A stretch of 64,000 nt of DNA from Candidatus Hydrogenedentota bacterium (GCA_963745075.1 CAVUWV010000021.1:32001-96000), one strand, 5' to 3'; positions 1 through 10,918 are shown, counted from the stretch's first letter. Notes: generated from the letters alone by a model not told the origin. Numbers and translations: made by a program.

Positions 1-1
1 C

Positions 2-175
2 CTCGAAGATGAGGGCATTGATTTAGTAGCCGAACTCAGCAAGTTCGACCACTTGGAAATCGTTCCCGACGAGACCGTCGGCCGCGGAGGATGTGCCGTG
101 GAAAGCCGCACACTATCCGTCGATGCGCGGTTGGATACACAATTACAACGAATTTTCGAAGCGTTAACGGATTGA
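2..175 (+). CDS. fliH: FliH flagellar assembly protein, 3' fragment (runs off window start)
   Basis: Frame 2 reads ...LEIVPDETVGRGGCAVESRTLSVDARLDTQLQRIFEALTD*, a typical FliH C-terminus, directly upstream of fliI. Confidence 0.85.
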   Translation, partial: LEDEGIDLVAELSKFDHLEIVPDETVGRGGCAVESRTLSVDARLDTQLQRIFEALTD

Positions 176-179
176 TACC

Positions 180-1496
180 GTGACGAACCTCAGCATAGAC
201 CACTACATCGAGCGGGCACACCAAGCCCGGCCCATCGCCGTATACGGAAAAGTGGTCGACGTGGTGGGCCTGACGATCGAAGCCACAGGCCCGCCCATGC
301 ATATCGGCGACCTTTGCTTCATTGAACCCCCGCGCGGCGGCGAATCCATCCCGGTCGAAGTCGTCGGGTTCCGCGGTAGCCGCGTCCTGCTCATGCCCCT
401 GGGAGAGATGGCGGGAATCGCGCCGAACAGCATGGTCCGCCCCACGTTCAAGCCCCAGTTGGTTCGCGTCGGCTTGGACCTCTTGGGCCGAGTAGTCGGA
501 AGTATGGGCGAAGCGCTGGATGGCCGCCCCGACCCGGAAGGATCGCACAAAGTGCCGCTCATGGCATCGCCGCCAAGCCCCTTGGCCCGCCAGCGAATCA
601 CGGAACCGTTGGCGACCGGCGTACGCGCCATCGACGCCTGCATTACCTGCGGCAAGGGCCAGCGCATGGGCATTCTCGCGGGCAGCGGCGTCGGCAAGAG
701 CAAGCTCATCGGCATGATCGCCAAGAACACAAACGCAGATGTCAACGTTATCGCCCTCGTCGGTGAGCGCGGACGCGAGGTTCGGGATTTTATCGAGGCC
801 GATCTCGGCATCGAAGGACTGGCGCGTTCCGTGGTCGTGGTTGCGACCTCGGACGAACCGGCCCTGGTGCGCATTAAGGGCGCTTACCTGGCGACCGCCA
901 TTGCCGAATGGTTTCGGGACCAGGGCGCGGATGTGCTCCTCATGATGGACTCGATCACCCGTTTCGCCATGGCCCAACGTGAGGTCGGGCTGGCCGTCGG
1001 TGAACCCCCAACGACGAAAGGTTATCCGCCGTCCGTCTATGCGCTCCTCCCCCGGCTTCTGGAACGGGCCGGCCACGCGGCGTCGGGCAGCATCACCGGG
1101 ATTTACACCGTGCTGGTGGAAGCGGACGATCTGAATGACCCCATCGGGGACGCCGTACGCAGCATACTCGACGGTCACATCGCCTTATCCCGCGACTTGG
1201 CGACGCGCAACCATTATCCCGCGATCAACGTCCTGGAAAGCGTCAGCCGCTGCATGATCAACGTCACCAACGACCAGCGCCAGAATCTCGCCGGCGCCTT
1301 GCGCGGTGTATTGGCGACTTATCGCGACGCGGAGGACCTGGTCAACATCGGCGCATATGTCGACGGCAGCAATCCCGATATCGACCGCGCGATCCGCCTG
1401 ATGCCCGCGATGCGCAAATTCCTTCAACAGGGGCTCGCGGAAGCAACCCCCTTTGAGGAGATTGACGGCATGCTTGCCCAGGCGTTAAGAGGATAG
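180..1496 (+). CDS. fliI: Flagellar export ATPase FliI
   Basis: Walker A AGSGVGKS, GERGREV, DSITRFAMAQRE and GEPPTTKGYPPS motifs; flagellar context. Confidence 0.96.
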   Translation: MTNLSIDHYIERAHQARPIAVYGKVVDVVGLTIEATGPPMHIGDLCFIEPPRGGESIPVEVVGFRGSRVLLMPLGEMAGIAPNSMVRPTFKPQLVRVGLDLLGRVVGSMGEALDGRPDPEGSHKVPLMASPPSPLARQRITEPLATGVRAIDACITCGKGQRMGILAGSGVGKSKLIGMIAKNTNADVNVIALVGERGREVRDFIEADLGIEGLARSVVVVATSDEPALVRIKGAYLATAIAEWFRDQGADVLLMMDSITRFAMAQREVGLAVGEPPTTKGYPPSVYALLPRLLERAGHAASGSITGIYTVLVEADDLNDPIGDAVRSILDGHIALSRDLATRNHYPAINVLESVSRCMINVTNDQRQNLAGALRGVLATYRDAEDLVNIGAYVDGSNPDIDRAIRLMPAMRKFLQQGLAEATPFEEIDGMLAQALRG

Positions 1497-1502
1497 ACGA
1501 AG

Positions 1503-1967
1503 ATGGCCCGGCGACGACGCATTAATTTCGACGTTCTGCTCCGCGTACGCAAGCGGCAGGAGCAATTGCGCGCCCAGGCCCTTGCGGAAACGCGCCGGGA
1601 AATCCGTTCTCACGAAGGCCAACGCGAAGCCCTTCACGAGGAACAGGCGCGCATGTTTCAAGAAGCGGGACGGGAATCGCAAGCGACTTTTTCGGGGCCG
1701 CGCATACATGGTTATTTTCTGTACGAACGCCACCTCGCCCGGGAGGCCGTCGAGCAGGATGCCATCATCCGCGAACTCCGCGGCGTCGAATCGGAACGCC
1801 GTACCGAACTCGAAGAGGCCATGAAACGCAAACGAATCATCGAGCGCCTCAAGGAACGCGACCTGAACGAACGCATGGAAGAATTTCGCAAAATGGAGCA
1901 GAAGAGCGCCGATGAACTGGCCTCCGGGCGTGCGGCATTGCGTGCACGAAGGGAGCCCAAATCATGA
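1503..1967 (+). CDS. fliJ: Flagellar export chaperone FliJ
   Basis: 154-aa coiled-coil protein immediately after fliI, with FDVLLRVR at the N-terminus and EQKSADE near the C-terminus. Confidence 0.85.
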   Translation: MARRRRINFDVLLRVRKRQEQLRAQALAETRREIRSHEGQREALHEEQARMFQEAGRESQATFSGPRIHGYFLYERHLAREAVEQDAIIRELRGVESERRTELEEAMKRKRIIERLKERDLNERMEEFRKMEQKSADELASGRAALRARREPKS

Positions 1968-2533
1968 AGGCGATCCTGTACATTCTGCTCGCCCTGCTGT
2001 CCTTCGCGTTAACCGTCGCCGGCATGCTGGCAATGACGGGCGATCTGAACAAGGCGGGGTTAGAAAAACTCCTCGGCCGTAACCAACCAGAAGTGTCCGC
2101 TGAAACCGCTCCGGAACCGGACCAACTCTCCGAAATGGCCAAAGCGCTCCAGGAACGTGAAGAGGCGATCAAGGCACGCGAAGACGACCTTGAAATACAG
2201 CAGCAACGTCTGAACGAAACGCAAGATCAGATGGAAGAGTTGCGAAATAATCTGAAAGACCTTATCGCGCAACTTACGCAGTCCGTCGACACCATCGACG
2301 CCGATACCCAGGCCCGGTTGCAAGATGTCGCCGATTCGCTCGCCGGCATGAAACCGGACGCGGCGGCCCTGGTGCTGGCGGAATACCCGCCGGAACAGGG
2401 CGCACGCCTGCTTCAACTAATCGACGAGCGCGCCCGTGGAAAGATCCTCGACAAGATGAACGAGAAGAAAGCAGCCGAATTCCTCAAAGCCCTGACGGAA
2501 CAGAACGAGGCGAAAGCTCCCGGCGCCCCGTAA
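1964..2533 (+). CDS. MotE/FlbB/YlxF-like flagellar protein (N-terminal TM, coiled coil, MgtE-N-like C-terminus)
   Basis: Hydrophobic N-terminus, long coiled coil and MKPDAAALVL...ARGKILDKM motif; usual position between fliJ and fliK. Confidence 0.75.
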   Translation: MKAILYILLALLSFALTVAGMLAMTGDLNKAGLEKLLGRNQPEVSAETAPEPDQLSEMAKALQEREEAIKAREDDLEIQQQRLNETQDQMEELRNNLKDLIAQLTQSVDTIDADTQARLQDVADSLAGMKPDAAALVLAEYPPEQGARLLQLIDERARGKILDKMNEKKAAEFLKALTEQNEAKAPGAP

Positions 2534-2724
2534 CCGTTCGCACACACGCTCCCTCAGTTTCCTGCAAGACGGGATTCCTGTCTTCTTCGCAAGTCGATGG
2601 CGGTCAAACCGCCCCATTCGTTCGTAGGTTCTACGACGAACGAATCCAATCACTTCGTTCCGAATGCCTCCGGGTTCATGCGCGTCCCGGGGCTTTGGAT
2701 ACCACCAATCTGCACTGAAAGGAG

Positions 2725-4336
2725 GTGAGTTTATTGCAAATTCCTCAAGTCTCCGCTCAGCCGCATCGCGATGTGGCTGAGCAGAATGCCGTTGACGGCG
2801 ATAAGCCGTCGACGAAACCCGAAGCCGGCGAACAGGGCGCGTTTGCCCAACTGCTGGCTTTGCTCCAAGGAGCGGCGACTCCGGCCCAATCGGCAGAAGT
2901 CAACGTCGAGGCGGTCGGTGAAGGTACGGATTCAGGTGAACCGGTGGGTCCGGCGAATGGCGCCAAGAATCTACCGGTAACCGTCACCACGCAGAATCCT
3001 TCGCCCGAAGCAACGAATGCAACGGTGGAAGGAAATACGGCGGTTGACAAAGCGATTCCGTTCCAAGCACACGCCGCCGGCTCAAGGGGAAACGCCAGAC
3101 AGCGTTGATGACGCGAAACTGGTACCTCCCCCGTCGCCGGAGAAAGCCGCGTCAGCGGGATCGCCTGAGCCACAGACCCCGGCGATCGTTCTGGCGAAAG
3201 CCCATCGCACGGCGCCGGTGGTCATCACGGAAGTTCACCCCAACGTGAAACCCGAGACGGCCACCCAGACCAGCTCGGCGGGGTATGTTGTCGCCGCCGA
3301 TACGGACACGGCCGAAGAAGCCGTTGCGGTGAAACCGGCCGATGCCCAAGCGCAAGCGACGGCTCCACCGGCAAAAGCCGCTTCTGAAGCGGCCGTTCCA
3401 ATCGCGAAAGCGGTCGTTGACGATGCAACGGGGCAAAGGGCCGGACAGCAACCGGCGCCGGCAGCGCCGCCGGATGAGGGCGAAACAACGAAGAGCGAGC
3501 CTTCACGCAGCAGTACGGCGCGCTTCGTTGTTGCCAAACCGGCTGCGGCGAGACCCGGCGCATCGGCAGCAAAGGTCCAACCGGCGCCACAGGCTCCGGG
3601 CGGTCCCGCGGCTGCGCCGGCGCAAAGTCCGAATGCCGGCGGTACGGAGACCGGTCCCATGCAGGAGACCCTGAGTGCCGAGGCCACGGCCACGCAAAAG
3701 CCGGTGGCGCGTGAATCGGCGGGCAACACTTCGCCGGAACCCACCCGCATCGACGGCGCCAAGCCCGCGGTCGCGGATACTCAGACCGCGACTTCGATGA
3801 ACGTCGAGCATCGGGTTCCTGCGACGGGAACGGACGCGGTAAAACCGCAACCGGACCAAGCCCCCACGCCGGATCGAGCGACGTTGAAGACCATCGTCGT
3901 CGACACGGTCAAAGGCGTCCGGTATCTGCTGACAAAGGGTGAACAGACGATGCGCATTCGACTGGTCCCCGAGTCTCTCGGCGAGTTAAAGCTCGTGGTT
4001 ACGTCGAACAACGACGAAATCACGGTGCGGCTGGCCAGCGCAAACCACGCGGTCCGCGAAATGCTTCACACCCAGGTACATCACCTGCGTGAAGCCTTGA
4101 GCCAGGACGGCGGCAACGTCGGCAAGATTACAGTCACCGCCGACATGAGTGCCGGCGCAGGGCCGGGGAATCCGCAGACCGGATCGCCGGACCGGACCTG
4201 GACGCCGAACCAGCGCGGTTGGACCGGAGGTCACGCGCCGGATTCGCGGCATCAACCATCCACCACGGGGCAACAGCCTGTCGCTGTGCCTCGACGGACA
4301 GCGCCGTACAGCGGCGCTCTCAACCTGTTCGCATGA
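2725..4336 (+). CDS. fliK: Hook-length control protein FliK (+1 frameshift near 3060)
   Basis: Ala/Pro/Thr-rich region followed by the FliK C-domain motif IRLVPESLGELKL...VREML...LREAL. Split over ORFs 2725-3108 and 3017-4336. AAAGGAG RBS before the GTG. Confidence 0.85.
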
Positions 4337-4353
4337 ACAAGGAGTGTGAACAC

Positions 4354-4897
4354 ATGAATCCCATAACCAAGATAGGCGGCAATCTGGCCGATCTCTTGCG
4401 CCCCGTGCTGGGGAAGGCGAATCCAACGTCGCCATCCGCAGCCGTAGCGGGATCGGACAACCTCAAGGCCGCCTTGCTCAAGGCCATCCAGAAGAGCAGC
4501 GATTCCAACAGTTCGTCGTCCACAGGCGACGTGATTTCTGCCGCGCAAAACGACCTGGGGAAGGATCGCCTTCCTTCGATTGCTCGTCACGCAGATGCAG
4601 TACCAGGACCCGCTGCAACCGACGGACAACACGGAGATGATCGCCCAGTTGGCCCAGTTCTCCTCGCTCGAACAGATGAACAACTTAAACGACAAGTTCG
4701 CCGAATTCAGCGGGAATATGGACCAACTCAACTTCCTCAACGCCAGTGGCATGATCGGCCGGGAAGTCAGCGGTATCGACATGGATGGTGAATTGCTCCA
4801 GGGGCAGGTAGACGGCGTAAAGCTCATCGGCAGCGTCGTGTACCTCACCATCGGCGACCGCCAGATGTCCATGGCCGGTGTCGAAACCATACGGTGA
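4354..4897 (+). CDS. flgD: Hook capping protein FlgD (+1 frameshift near 4567)
   Basis: DLGKD/AFLRLLVTQMQYQDPLQPTDNTEMIAQLAQFSSLEQM spans two frames. Confidence 0.9.
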
Positions 4898-4902
4898 ACG
4901 CG

Positions 4903-5302
4903 ATGCTGAACCGGGTTACGCTCCACCGAAACGCGGGGCTGGTCGACGTACCCTCGTCGCGCCCGCAACGCGCGCCCGCTATCGTCTTTTGCATCGATTC
5001 TGGAAGGCCGCCTGGGTGAAAACCGGGAGGTAAAGTTTTCCGCGCACGCGCTGCAACGCCTTCGAGACCGCGGCATCACTTTCACCGCGGACGAGAAGAC
5101 CGGCATCGCGCGGGCGTTGGACCAGGCCGAAGCAAAAGGCGCGCGGGACACCGTACTCCTCATGGACGGAAAGGCGCTGGTTGCCAGTGTGCCGAACCGG
5201 ACCATCGTTACCGTGGTTTCCCCTCCGGAAGGGGAAGATACGGTCTTCACCAACATTGACAGCGCGGTGGTGGTCGGCACAAAGCCGGCAAACGCCGCCT
5301 GA
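4903..5302 (+). CDS. Flagellar operon protein, TIGR02530-like (+1 frameshift near 4980)
   Basis: VKFSAHALQRLRDRGI...KGARDTVLLMDGKALVASVPNRTIVTV...VFTNIDSAV, located between flgD and flgE. Confidence 0.85.
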
Positions 5303-5315
5303 CACGAAACGCATC

Positions 5316-5368
5316 GGGCCGGACCCCTTCGGGGAGGCCCGTACACCGCCGACCGATTGACGCGGTGT
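5316..5368 (+). promoter_or_regulatory. Two-hairpin structured element in the flgE leader
   Basis: GGGCC-GGAC-CCC(TTCG)GGG-A-GGCCC (5316-5340), then ACACCGC-12 nt loop-GCGGTGT (5343-5368), directly before the AAGGAG RBS. Confidence 0.55.
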
Positions 5369-5388
5369 CACGGAAAGGAGTTAGTTTC

Positions 5389-6634
5389 ATGGGATCAGCA
5401 ATTTATACGGGAGTCACGGGCCTGCAAGTCCATCAACGCAAGATTGACGTGATCGCTGCCAATATCGCGAACGTCAACACCACGGGCTACCGCGGGTCAC
5501 GCGCGCTCTTTCAGGACCTGTTCTCCCAGACCCTTCAGGGACCCAGCGCGCCCATCGGCAACTTTGGCGGGCGCAATGGTTCTCAGGTCGGTTTGGGCGC
5601 TCGTCTGGGCGTGATCGACATCAATTTCACGCAAGGCACACTCCTGAACACGGGCGTCGCATCGGACCTCGCCATCCAGGGCAACGGCTTCTTCGTTCTG
5701 AGCGGCGGCTCCGGGGATTACTACACGCGCGACGGGTCGTTTACGATCAACGCCAACGGCGAACTGGTCGATGCCGCAACCGGCCTATTCGTGCAAGGGT
5801 TCCAGGCGGACGCGAACGGTGTCATCGACCCGAATACCGCGCTCACCAATATTTCCATCCCGGTTGGGACGACCTCGATCGTACGGGCGACAACCGACGT
5901 GTCGTTGGTCGGGAACCTGAATTCGGGCGTAGCCGCCGGCGACACGGTCGTACGGAACGTGCAGGTGTTCGACTCCCTTGGAACTCCACGGGATATTCAG
6001 ATCACCTTCACCAAATCCGCGACGACCAATGAATGGGATTGGGCCGCGACCAGCACCGATCCCGACATCAACACCGTTACCGGCGCCGGCACCATTGCCT
6101 TTGACACCAACGGCAGCGTCATGTCCGGCGGAATCGGAAACGTCAGCATCACGTTCGTGGCCGGTATTCCGGCGGCGCCCGATCGATCCTTTCGTGTTCG
6201 ACTTCGACTTCAACAACGTCAGCCAGCTCGACGCCGAGAGCGACATCTCTATCAGCAACCAGGATGGATATCCACGCGGGACGCTCGAGTCCTTCAACAT
6301 CGGCGCCAATGGCGTCTTAAACGGCGTTTTCTCGAACGGCCTGACCCAGGTGCTCGGGCAAGTCGCCCTGGCGACCTTCGCCAACAACGGCGGGCTGGTC
6401 CGCGAGGGCAACAACCTGTTCCGGGAAAGCCCCGGCTCGGGCATTGCCCAGGTGGGTACCCCGGGATCGGGTGGTCGCGGCCAGGTATCCGGCGGGGTGC
6501 TGGAAGGCTCGAACGTCGATCTTGGCACGGAGTTCAGCAATCTGATCGTCACCCAGCGCGGCTTCCAAGCCAATGCCCGGACGATCACGACTGCCGATAC
6601 GCTGCTCCAAGAAACGGTCAACCTGGTCCGGTAG
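5389..6634 (+). CDS. flgE: Flagellar hook protein FlgE (+1 frameshift near 6180)
   Basis: IAANIANVNTTGYR, DLAIQGNGFF, YTRDGSF and C-terminal LEGSNVDLGTEFSNLIVTQRGFQANAR. ATG at 5389 follows AAGGAG. Confidence 0.95.
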
Positions 6635-6677
6635 CCGGTCGGGCCAATCTGATCGGGCCGAATTGACATGACGCACG

Positions 6678-6714
6678 GGGCCGAGAGACCGACAGTAAGG
6701 TCTCTCGGCCCTTT
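6678..6714 (+). terminator. Intrinsic terminator-like hairpin after flgE
   Basis: GGGCCGAGAGACC-8 nt-GGTCTCTCGGCCC followed by TTT. Confidence 0.65.
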
Positions 6715-6848
6715 CGCTATGCCCCCGCTCATATTCGGTCCGGAGATTAATGCACCCCAAGCTGTTGTTGTCAGATAGCGGGAGTGATAGAATATGGCGC
6801 GGATTGCAAGGGAAACGTTGAACGGGGAGGGTCGGCAGACCGCAACGT

Positions 6849-7619
6849 ATGGATATCGCAACAGTTGTCGGACTCATAGCGGGCGTCGGCCTGGTCGTTG
6901 TCGCGATTCTCCTCGGTGGCAGTCCCGGCGTTTTCGTCAACGTTCCTTCCATTCTCATCGTCGCCGGGGGAACCCTTGCCGCCACCCTCATCAATTACCC
7001 CTTGGGCGATGTGCTGAGCGTCCTCTCCACGCTGCGAAACGCGTTCTTTCACAAGACCGTAACACCGGACACGTTAATCAAGAAACTCGTCTCCTTCGCG
7101 ACGATTGCCCGTCGTGAAGGAATTCTGGCCCTGGAAAGTCACGCGAGCGACGCGGGAGACGACTTCCTACAAAAAAGCGTACAGCTCGCCATCGACGGCA
7201 CCGCCCCCGAACTCATCAAGGACATCCTGACCACGGAATTGGCATTCATGGAGGACCGCCACTCGCTGGGTCAGTCGGTCTTGATCGCCATGGGCACCTT
7301 CGCCCCCGCTTTCGGTATGATCGGCACCCTGATCGGGTTGGTGCAAATGCTCACTACGCTGGACGACCCCTCCAAGATCGGTGGCGGCATGGCGGTCGCG
7401 CTGCTGACCACGTTGTATGGGGCGCTGGCGGCCAACGTCGTGTTCTTACCGGCGGCCGGAAAACTCAAGGTCCGGACCGCCAACGAGTTGCTGACGAAAG
7501 AAGTCATCATCGAAGGGATCCTCTCGATCCAGTCCGGGGACAACCCGCGAATCGTGGAACAGAAACTGAAGGCGTTCATCTCGCCCGCGATGCGTGAACA
7601 AGCGTCCACGAGTAAATAG
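6849..7619 (+). CDS. motA: Flagellar stator A subunit (MotA/PomA-like)
   Basis: ARREGILALE, APAFGMIGTLIGL, ALLTTLYG and GDNPR motifs. Confidence 0.95.
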   Translation: MDIATVVGLIAGVGLVVVAILLGGSPGVFVNVPSILIVAGGTLAATLINYPLGDVLSVLSTLRNAFFHKTVTPDTLIKKLVSFATIARREGILALESHASDAGDDFLQKSVQLAIDGTAPELIKDILTTELAFMEDRHSLGQSVLIAMGTFAPAFGMIGTLIGLVQMLTTLDDPSKIGGGMAVALLTTLYGALAANVVFLPAAGKLKVRTANELLTKEVIIEGILSIQSGDNPRIVEQKLKAFISPAMREQASTSK

Positions 7620-7622
7620 GCG

Positions 7623-8430
7623 ATGCCACGGGAAAAGAAACAGGACGAAGGTGGAGGCGGTGCTCCCGCCTGGATGGTCACCTACGGAGACCTGATGGGG
7701 CTCCTCCTGACCTTTTTCATTCTGCTGATTTCCTTTTCCACGCTGGACCAGAAGAAGATTTCGCAGGCGATTATTTCCGTCCAGGGGGCCTTCGGCGTCT
7801 TGCCACAGAACATGACCGTCGCGCAGATCATGCAGAACATGGCCCGGGCCCAGGCCCGTACTCCGCGGAGCATCGAACGGGCCGCGCGCGAATTCCGCAG
7901 CCGGCTGCAACTGCTGGGTTTGGAAGACAAGATCGAAATTAAGTACGATGGGTCCGGCGGGTTGGAGATCAATCTTCCGAGCGGGTTGTTGTTCGATTTG
8001 GGAAGTGCCGAACTGAGGCCGGAGGCCTATGAGGTCTTGAACGGGTTGTCGTCATCGTTAGCCGACATTCCCGGTAAGCGTATCGAGATCCGGGGCCACA
8101 CGGACAATCTGCCCTTGAGCAATACGAACCGCTACGCAGGACAACTACGACCTCAGTTACCACCGCGCCAAGAACGTCATGCTACAGATGACCGGACCGG
8201 GCGGGATCCCGCGTGAAGACACCGAGGTCATCGCGTGTGGACCTTCCCAACCCGTCGGCGACAACAGCACGGAAGAAGGTCGCCAAATGAATCGGCGCGT
8301 GCAGATTCGCGTGCGCGGCGATTTTTCAGACGAGACGAAAGATCAGATACAGGCGATTGTGGACGGTGCCGAGCCGAACGCCCCGGGAGCGTTCGCGCCC
8401 GGAATCGTCCCCGATCAGGCGGGTGATTAA
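7623..8430 (+). CDS. motB: Flagellar stator B subunit (MotB/PomB-like; +1 frameshift near 8137)
   Basis: WMVTYGDLMGLLLTFFILL TM segment; OmpA-like domain GHTDN...NRRVQI split across two frames. Confidence 0.92.
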
Positions 8431-8433
8431 TCC

Positions 8434-8966
8434 ATGGCTGAACCGCAGCAAGAAGCACCACCGCACAGAGGAACCCAAAGGGAAAACGGTCCATTTTCCG
8501 TATGCTCGGGGTTGCACTGGGCGTCATACTGACGTTCGCCATCATCGGGTTGGTCGTTTTCCGGTTCGTTATTCAACCCCGGTTAGAGACGGACCCCAAC
8601 AAGCAGGCGGCGACCGCGAACCAGAATACGGTCATTGTGCCATTCGAAGAGGCGTTCACGACGGTCATTATGCCGTCCGAGAACATGCTGGCCTCTACCC
8701 TGCTCTACAAGGTCTCGATCGAGTGCTCGAATCAGGAAACCGCAGATCTCGTTACCGGTCATATGCCGCGTTTTGTGGCGATGATTCGGAAACTGCACAG
8801 CTACAAGACGCGCGCCGAGCTGGACGATCCCCTGGTGGAAGAGAGCATCCGCAAACAGATTCTCCAGGAAGGCAATGCCCTTTTGGATGAACTCCAGGGT
8901 GGCGAGAATCCGAAAAATCGAATCGTCGCCGTGTACCATGAAAAGTTCTACATTCAGGACACGTGA
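8434..8966 (+). CDS. fliL: Flagellar basal body-associated FliL (apparent frameshifts near 8462-8482)
   Basis: Single TM followed by a FliL-like periplasmic domain ending in EKFYIQ; lies after motB. Confidence 0.75.
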
Positions 8967-9325
8967 TGGACAAAGACCTTTCCAAACACGCTTCCGAACA
9001 CACGTTTGAGGAAATCGTTCCCGCCGCCGAAGCCGCGACGGGCCGCTTGGATATCGGCGATCTCAATAACGTGAAATTGACGATCACGGCGGACTTGGGC
9101 ACGTCCAATTTGTTGGTTCGCGATGTGTTGGATTTGAAGCGAGGATCCGTCATCCAACTGAGTAAACTCGCCGGCGAGATGACGGATATTCACGTAAATG
9201 GCCTGCCGTTGGCGCGGGGCGAAGTCGTCGTCATCGGCGACACCTTGCACGTTCGTATCGGGGAGATCGTCGGGCAGGAACACGCCGACGAAATCTTGCA
9301 CGAGACGGAGAACGAGAATGGGTAA
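8966..9325 (+). CDS. fliN: Motor switch protein FliN
   Basis: SpoA domain: DLGTSNLLVRDVLDLKRGSVIQLSKLAGE...VNG...ARGEVVVI. Confidence 0.92.
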   Translation: MDKDLSKHASEHTFEEIVPAAEAATGRLDIGDLNNVKLTITADLGTSNLLVRDVLDLKRGSVIQLSKLAGEMTDIHVNGLPLARGEVVVIGDTLHVRIGEIVGQEHADEILHETENENG

Positions 9326-10149
9326 CCGGACACTTGCGCTGGTTCTACTACTCGTTCTCGCCGGTGCGACACAGGCTCTGGCGTCGTCCTCGACGGCGTC
9401 CCCCGCCTCCGACGTGCAACCGGCACAAGATGATGGAAAATTCGAAGCCACCGAGGCGCCAAAAGTTAAATTAGAAGAGCCGGAAAATCTGGAGCGATTC
9501 GGGCGAACCCGTCGCCGGCAGCGAGCCAAGCGCACCGCCGCCCGCTCCGTCAGAGCAAGCCCCCGTCCCCGATTGGTGGACGAAGGCGCAACAATCCCTG
9601 GACCAGGCAATCGACGACCAGACCAGTGGCGCAGGGGAAAGCCCGGAATCCACGAACGCCGCAAATGCAGACAGCGGCAGCCCGCGCACGCTCGGTCGCA
9701 CCGTGGCGCAAGGGGTCATTTCCCTGTGTGTCGTGCTGGCGCTGATTCTCTTGTGCACCTGGGCGGTCAAACGATTTGGCGCACGGACGCCCCTGCTCGC
9801 GGGTACGAGTTTGGGCACGGTCCTGGGCAAGGTATACCTTACCCCCAAGGTCGCGTTGCATTTCGTGAAAGTGCGAAACGTCGTGCTCGTCATCGCCGTG
9901 AATCCGAATGGTGTGTCAACCATTGCCCAGCTTAATGCGGCGTTGTTTGACGACATTACACTCCCATCGCCCGCGGAACAGCAAAACGACCGCCAGTTGG
10001 ACTTCCTTTCGCACTTGACCGGGGCGGCCGCGGATTCGGCGCCGGCACGTTCCACCGACAGCGAAGACGACGAGATCGCCGCTTTGAAAGGCGATATCGC
10101 CCGGTTGCAGCAATACCTCCAGGAAACGACGCGTGAGCTGGGCGATTAG
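9318..10149 (+). CDS. fliO: FliO with N-terminal signal/linker extension (+1 frameshift near 9490-9510)
   Basis: TM LCVVLALILLCTWAVKRF followed by VLGKVYLTPKVALHFVKV; lies between fliN and fliP. Confidence 0.78.
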
Positions 10150-10918
10150 GGCCGCAGTACTCATCGCGCTGGCATCGGGCGCCTTCGCGGGGGTCGCTCC
10201 CGCTCAGGATACCACCACCGGCCCGGACAACACCTTCGGCGCGACCAATTTCATCGATCAGATGCGGGATTCGGTCACCCCCCAGCGCCTCTCCACGACC
10301 ATGACCCTGTTCATTCTGTTGACGGTGCTATCCCTGGCGCCGGCAATTCTGGTCATGACGACCTCGTTTACCCGGATTATCGTGGTGCTGGGGTTCTTGC
10401 GGCAGGCCATGGCCACCCAACAATCTCCCCCCAATCAGGTGTTGGTCGGATTGGCACTGCTTCTGACGTTCTTCATCATGGCGCCGACCTATCAGCGCGT
10501 GAACAGCGAGGCGATCCAGCCCTACGTCAACGAACAGATCGGCGCGGATGAAGCCCTCGAACGCGGTATGGCGCCGGTTCGGGAGTTTATGTTCCACCAG
10601 GTGTTGCGCCACCCCAAGGATCTGGCCCTGTTCATCGAGATCGCCCATCTGGAACGTCCGAAGACCCCCGATGACGTGCCCACCCACGTGTTGGTCTGCG
10701 CATACGTCCTCAATGAATTCCGCGTGGCCTTCACCATCGGTTTCGTGATCTACATCCCCTTCCTGATCATCGACATGGTCGTGGCCAGTACGCTCATGGC
10801 CATGGGCATGATGATGCTCCCCCCCGTCTTCGTCTCCCTCCCCTTCAAGATCATCATGTTCGTCCTCGCCGACGGCTGGTACCTCATTATCAGCGAACTC
10901 GTCCAAAGTTTTCAGTAA
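10133..10918 (+). CDS. fliP: Export gate protein FliP
   Basis: TSFTRIIVVL, QQSPPNQVL and MGMMMLPP...SLPFK...DGW motifs. Confidence 0.97.
   Translation: MSWAIRAAVLIALASGAFAGVAPAQDTTTGPDNTFGATNFIDQMRDSVTPQRLSTTMTLFILLTVLSLAPAILVMTTSFTRIIVVLGFLRQAMATQQSPPNQVLVGLALLLTFFIMAPTYQRVNSEAIQPYVNEQIGADEALERGMAPVREFMFHQVLRHPKDLALFIEIAHLERPKTPDDVPTHVLVCAYVLNEFRVAFTIGFVIYIPFLIIDMVVASTLMAMGMMMLPPVFVSLPFKIIMFVLADGWYLIISELVQSFQ

Noticed and set aside
6794..6808. sigma54 promoter before motA (TGGCGCGGATTGCA)
   Set aside because: The GG-to-GC spacing is 8 nt rather than the required 10.
2725..10149. Programmed ribosomal frameshifting or phase variation in flagellar genes
   Set aside because: There is no shared slippery site or long homopolymer at the shifts, and the same +1 pattern affects unrelated genes.
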